From an uncultured Candidatus Saccharibacteria bacterium (GTDB taxonomy: Bacteria > Patescibacteriota > Saccharimonadia > Saccharimonadales > JAGQNJ01), in NCBI GenBank assembly GCA_964504275.1, contig CAZDDV010000001.1, forward strand, positions 20,982-84,981: 64,000 nt of DNA, written 5' to 3'. The first letter of the stretch is position 1; every line of letters starts with the position of its first letter. This document shows, in pieces, positions 61,289 to 64,000 of this stretch. The translations under genes were made by a program, and so were the position numbers. The notes beneath the pieces were generated by a model. It was not told the origin of the DNA and searched no databases. It saw only the letters and a list, made by a program, of their open reading frames with translations.

Positions 61289-62361
61289 CTAGTTTTTGCG
61301 ACGAAGAATTTTTTGATGTTGGTTTGAAAAGCCGCTTCGTTAAATGCTTCTGCAGATCTTGATACTTCGCGCACATCAAATTTTGTATGGTCAAATGTTT
61401 GTAATGTTTTAATCAAAGAATTGGCAGTTTGTCTGTCAAAAAACATTCCCGTTTTGCCTGGCATGACGTAATCTAGTGCGCCACCGGCTTTGTAGGCAAT
61501 GACTGGTGTTCCGGCAGCTAGTGCTTCTACTGGCGTAATGCCAAAGTCGTCGTGTGCTGCAAAAATAAAACCGATCGAGTTTTGCATGTAGTGATTTACG
61601 GCCTGGTCGTCAGCGTTATCATCAAACGTGATAGTTGGTCCGGCAATTGCTTGCAGTTTGCGTAGTTCTGGACCGCTCCCAACTACGGTGAGTGGAAGAC
61701 GAAGCTCGTTACACGCCTCTACAATAATTTCGACGTGCTTTGCTGGAACCAATCGCCCAACGGTCACAAAACCACTACGAGATTGCGAGATGTTTTTATT
61801 AAACCTCACGGTATTTACCGGCGGATGAATAGTAATGGCTTCGCGGCTGTAATATTTTATGATGTCGTTACAAATGTGGTTCGAGTTGCCAATAAAATAA
61901 TCAACGCGCTGCGCTGCTTTGTAATCTAATTTGCGAAGTGGCCCGGCCAAAAGTTTCAGGCCAAAACTGCCAAGAAAAAACCCAGGATTTTTTGCGTAGT
62001 CGTCGTAGTGTCGCCACAAATAGTGAACTGGTGTGTGGCAGTAACATATATATGTAGCCGATTTTTTGGGGCGCACAAATTTTGCTTCGCCGTTTCCGGT
62101 GCTGCAAATTACCAAGTCAAAATCTGACAGGTCTAAACTTCTGAACCAAAGAATTCGAAGTAATCCCACGTATTTTCTGAGCGCCGAAAACGGCCAGGAT
62201 TGTAAATATCCGGTTACAACTTTGCCACCGAGTTTTTTTCGCCATGAATCCGAACAATACGATGTGTAGATTGGCGCGTCAGGATAAAGTTTGTGTAGTT
62301 GCTCGACAACTTTTTCGGCGCCACCACCAATTAACCAGTCATGAACAATCGCAACTTTCAT
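61285..62361 (-). CDS. Glycosyltransferase family 4.
   Basis: E-x7-E region ...FGITPVEALAAGTPVIA. Confidence 0.7.
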   Translation of the reverse strand: MKVAIVHDWLIGGGAEKVVEQLHKLYPDAPIYTSYCSDSWRKKLGGKVVTGYLQSWPFSALRKYVGLLRILWFRSLDLSDFDLVICSTGNGEAKFVRPKKSATYICYCHTPVHYLWRHYDDYAKNPGFFLGSFGLKLLAGPLRKLDYKAAQRVDYFIGNSNHICNDIIKYYSREAITIHPPVNTVRFNKNISQSRSGFVTVGRLVPAKHVEIIVEACNELRLPLTVVGSGPELRKLQAIAGPTITFDDNADDQAVNHYMQNSIGFIFAAHDDFGITPVEALAAGTPVIAYKAGGALDYVMPGKTGMFFDRQTANSLIKTLQTFDHTKFDVREVSRSAEAFNEAAFQTNIKKFFVAKTS

Positions 62362-63779
62362 TGATCGTTTTGATTAATGACAACTCGCAAAGTTTTTAGC
62401 ATGATGACGATATCAAACCAGAAGCTCCAGTTCTGCACATAAAATACGTCTAGTTTTCGTCGTTCGTCGAAGCTGATATTTTTACGACCCGAGACCTGTG
62501 CCAGCCCAGTCATGCCAGATTTTACACTCAAAATTTTGTGCTTGTTGGTGTAGGCTTCGAGTTCGTTTGGAACAAGCGCGCGCGGTCCAACCAGGCTAAT
62601 ATCACCTTTTATAACGTTAAAAAGTTGCGGCAGTTCATCGAGGCTAGTCCTGCGCATAAATCTTCCAAATCCTGTGAGTCGCGGGTCGTTCGACAAAAAA
62701 TCGCCATTTTTGCGGAACTGCGTTAAGAGCAACGGCTGGTTCATTTTTGCAAAACCTTCCTCCGGAGACATCCCGTTGTAGGCTTTTTTTAGGGTTTGAA
62801 ATTTAAAGACACGAAACTTTTGATTAAAACGTGTAAGCCGCGTTTGGCGGAAAAAAACTCCGCCAGTAAACATGAAATTAAGCAGCGCAATAATAAGGAG
62901 CAGCGGGGAAAGCAAAATGCATAGTAGCGAAGCCACCAAAAGATCAAACAATCGTTTTACGATTCGTCCCCAGCCAATGAGCGCAGTTTGATGGACGGCT
63001 ATCATCGGGATTGATGATTGAAACAATTCGACATCGATATTTCCAATAAACAATTCAGTATTGCCAGGAATAAATCGATACGCCACATGATTGGTTTGGG
63101 CAAAAGTAAGTACCTCGCTATTTTTGGCGGCGTCGGCAAAAAGCTCAGTTTGCATAATGCTGTCAATTTTTTTGGATCGTAATGCCTTGGTGGCTTCGCT
63201 AAAACTCGTAAAATGTCGGATTGATCCATGCTTATGACCAGACACTGTTGCAAGGATTCTATAGCCTGATATTTGTGGTTTTCCCAGCCAATCAATGAGT
63301 TCCACTGACATATCGGTGTTGCCAACAATCAAAACATTACTAACGCCAAAATTGTAGCGGAATAATATCTGTCGAATAAGACGCACGATGTTTCGGCTTA
63401 AAATTAGCAAAATAAAGGTCAGGCCAGCGGCGTAGATCGGCACCATTTTGGCCGGAAAAATCGGGTCGTTCGTAAAGTATTCCACCGCGATAATCGACAA
63501 AACGCCCAGAACCGTGCCAATTGCCAGACGGCTGATTTCGCTAAACCGCTTGTCGTAAACGCTGCGGTTGTACAAACCAAGCAGTGAAAAAATAATAATC
63601 CAAATCGGCACTAAGCTCAGTGTAATCGCAAAATATGTTCGCGCCGGAACAGGGGTGATAATTGGGGTTGCGCTTAGACTCACTCGCAGGACGAACGCGG
63701 CCACAAAAGCCGCCAGCAGTGTAAGGCTGTCGCTCATGATCATGAACAGGCTGTAAAGTAATGAGGCGTTATTTTTCAT
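62358..63779 (-). CDS. Polyprenyl-phosphate sugar phosphotransferase (WbaP/EpsB-like priming glycosyltransferase).
   Basis: KRLFDLLVA...[34 protein letters not shown]. Confidence 0.85.
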   Translation of the reverse strand: MKNNASLLYSLFMIMSDSLTLLAAFVAAFVLRVSLSATPIITPVPARTYFAITLSLVPIWIIIFSLLGLYNRSVYDKRFSEISRLAIGTVLGVLSIIAVEYFTNDPIFPAKMVPIYAAGLTFILLILSRNIVRLIRQILFRYNFGVSNVLIVGNTDMSVELIDWLGKPQISGYRILATVSGHKHGSIRHFTSFSEATKALRSKKIDSIMQTELFADAAKNSEVLTFAQTNHVAYRFIPGNTELFIGNIDVELFQSSIPMIAVHQTALIGWGRIVKRLFDLLVASLLCILLSPLLLIIALLNFMFTGGVFFRQTRLTRFNQKFRVFKFQTLKKAYNGMSPEEGFAKMNQPLLLTQFRKNGDFLSNDPRLTGFGRFMRRTSLDELPQLFNVIKGDISLVGPRALVPNELEAYTNKHKILSVKSGMTGLAQVSGRKNISFDERRKLDVFYVQNWSFWFDIVIMLKTLRVVINQNDQ

Positions 63780-63868
63780 AAGAATTACTCATTTAACTAT
63801 ATCATTTTACAATGTTTTTAGGGGCGAACTGCTATACTAAATACGAACAAGCTTATGGCGAAACAATC

Positions 63869-64000
63869 ATGACAACACGAAAATCTGAAACAAATCGAAT
63901 TATTGAATACATGATCACCGGCGGTGCGTTTTTTTGGTCTGGCTATATTGTTTTTGCTGTTTTGTATTCGGTGTTTCATGTTGATCTGGTCGTTGCAAAA
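63869..64000 (+). CDS. GtrA-like small membrane protein, 5' partial (continues past the window).
   Basis: MTTRKSETNRIIEYMITGGAFFWSGYIVFAVLYSVFHVDLVVAK... Confidence 0.4.
   Translation, partial: MTTRKSETNRIIEYMITGGAFFWSGYIVFAVLYSVFHVDLVVAK

Overview
The window looks like a Candidate Phyla Radiation / Saccharibacteria (TM7)-type chromosome spanning the replication origin. The taxon is an inference from gene content; no search was run.

Origin core:
- dnaA, dnaN and recF run on the minus strand.
- DnaA-box clusters sit on both sides of dnaA.
- rpmH, rnpA, yidC and jag run divergently on the plus strand (rpmH is missing from the ORF track because it is under 60 aa).

Left arm (about 2.6 to 18.9 kb):
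- A Gram-positive-style type IV secretion (T4SS)-like locus.
- It begins with a tandem array of six small VirB2/TrbC-like pilin paralogs; each has a variable Cys-pair N-terminal half and a conserved C-terminal two-helix hairpin.
- These are followed by a VirB6-like giant membrane protein, a VirB3/PrgI-like protein, a possibly split VirB4 ATPase and two multi-domain cell-wall hydrolases (M23; SGNH + transglycosylase-like + CHAP).
- No coupling protein or relaxase is present in the window, and comF lies just outside the array.
- A DNA-uptake (ComB-like) or host-interaction role is therefore at least as plausible as conjugation.

Far left (1 to 1.1 kb):
- Two tRNA-Ser genes lie next to a 21-nt direct duplication of a tRNA 3' end, which reads as an att-site-like remnant.

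Right arm (25 to 64 kb):
- One large cell-envelope glycopolymer locus carrying GT2/GT4 glycosyltransferases, GT-C-like membrane proteins, a Wzx-like flippase, a Wzm/Wzt ABC exporter, methyltransferases, epimerases, ugd, rfbBCDA, a cytidylyltransferase and a WbaP-like priming transferase.

The genetic code appears standard, with TGA used as a stop in TGATG overlaps. All calls rest on reading motifs by eye.
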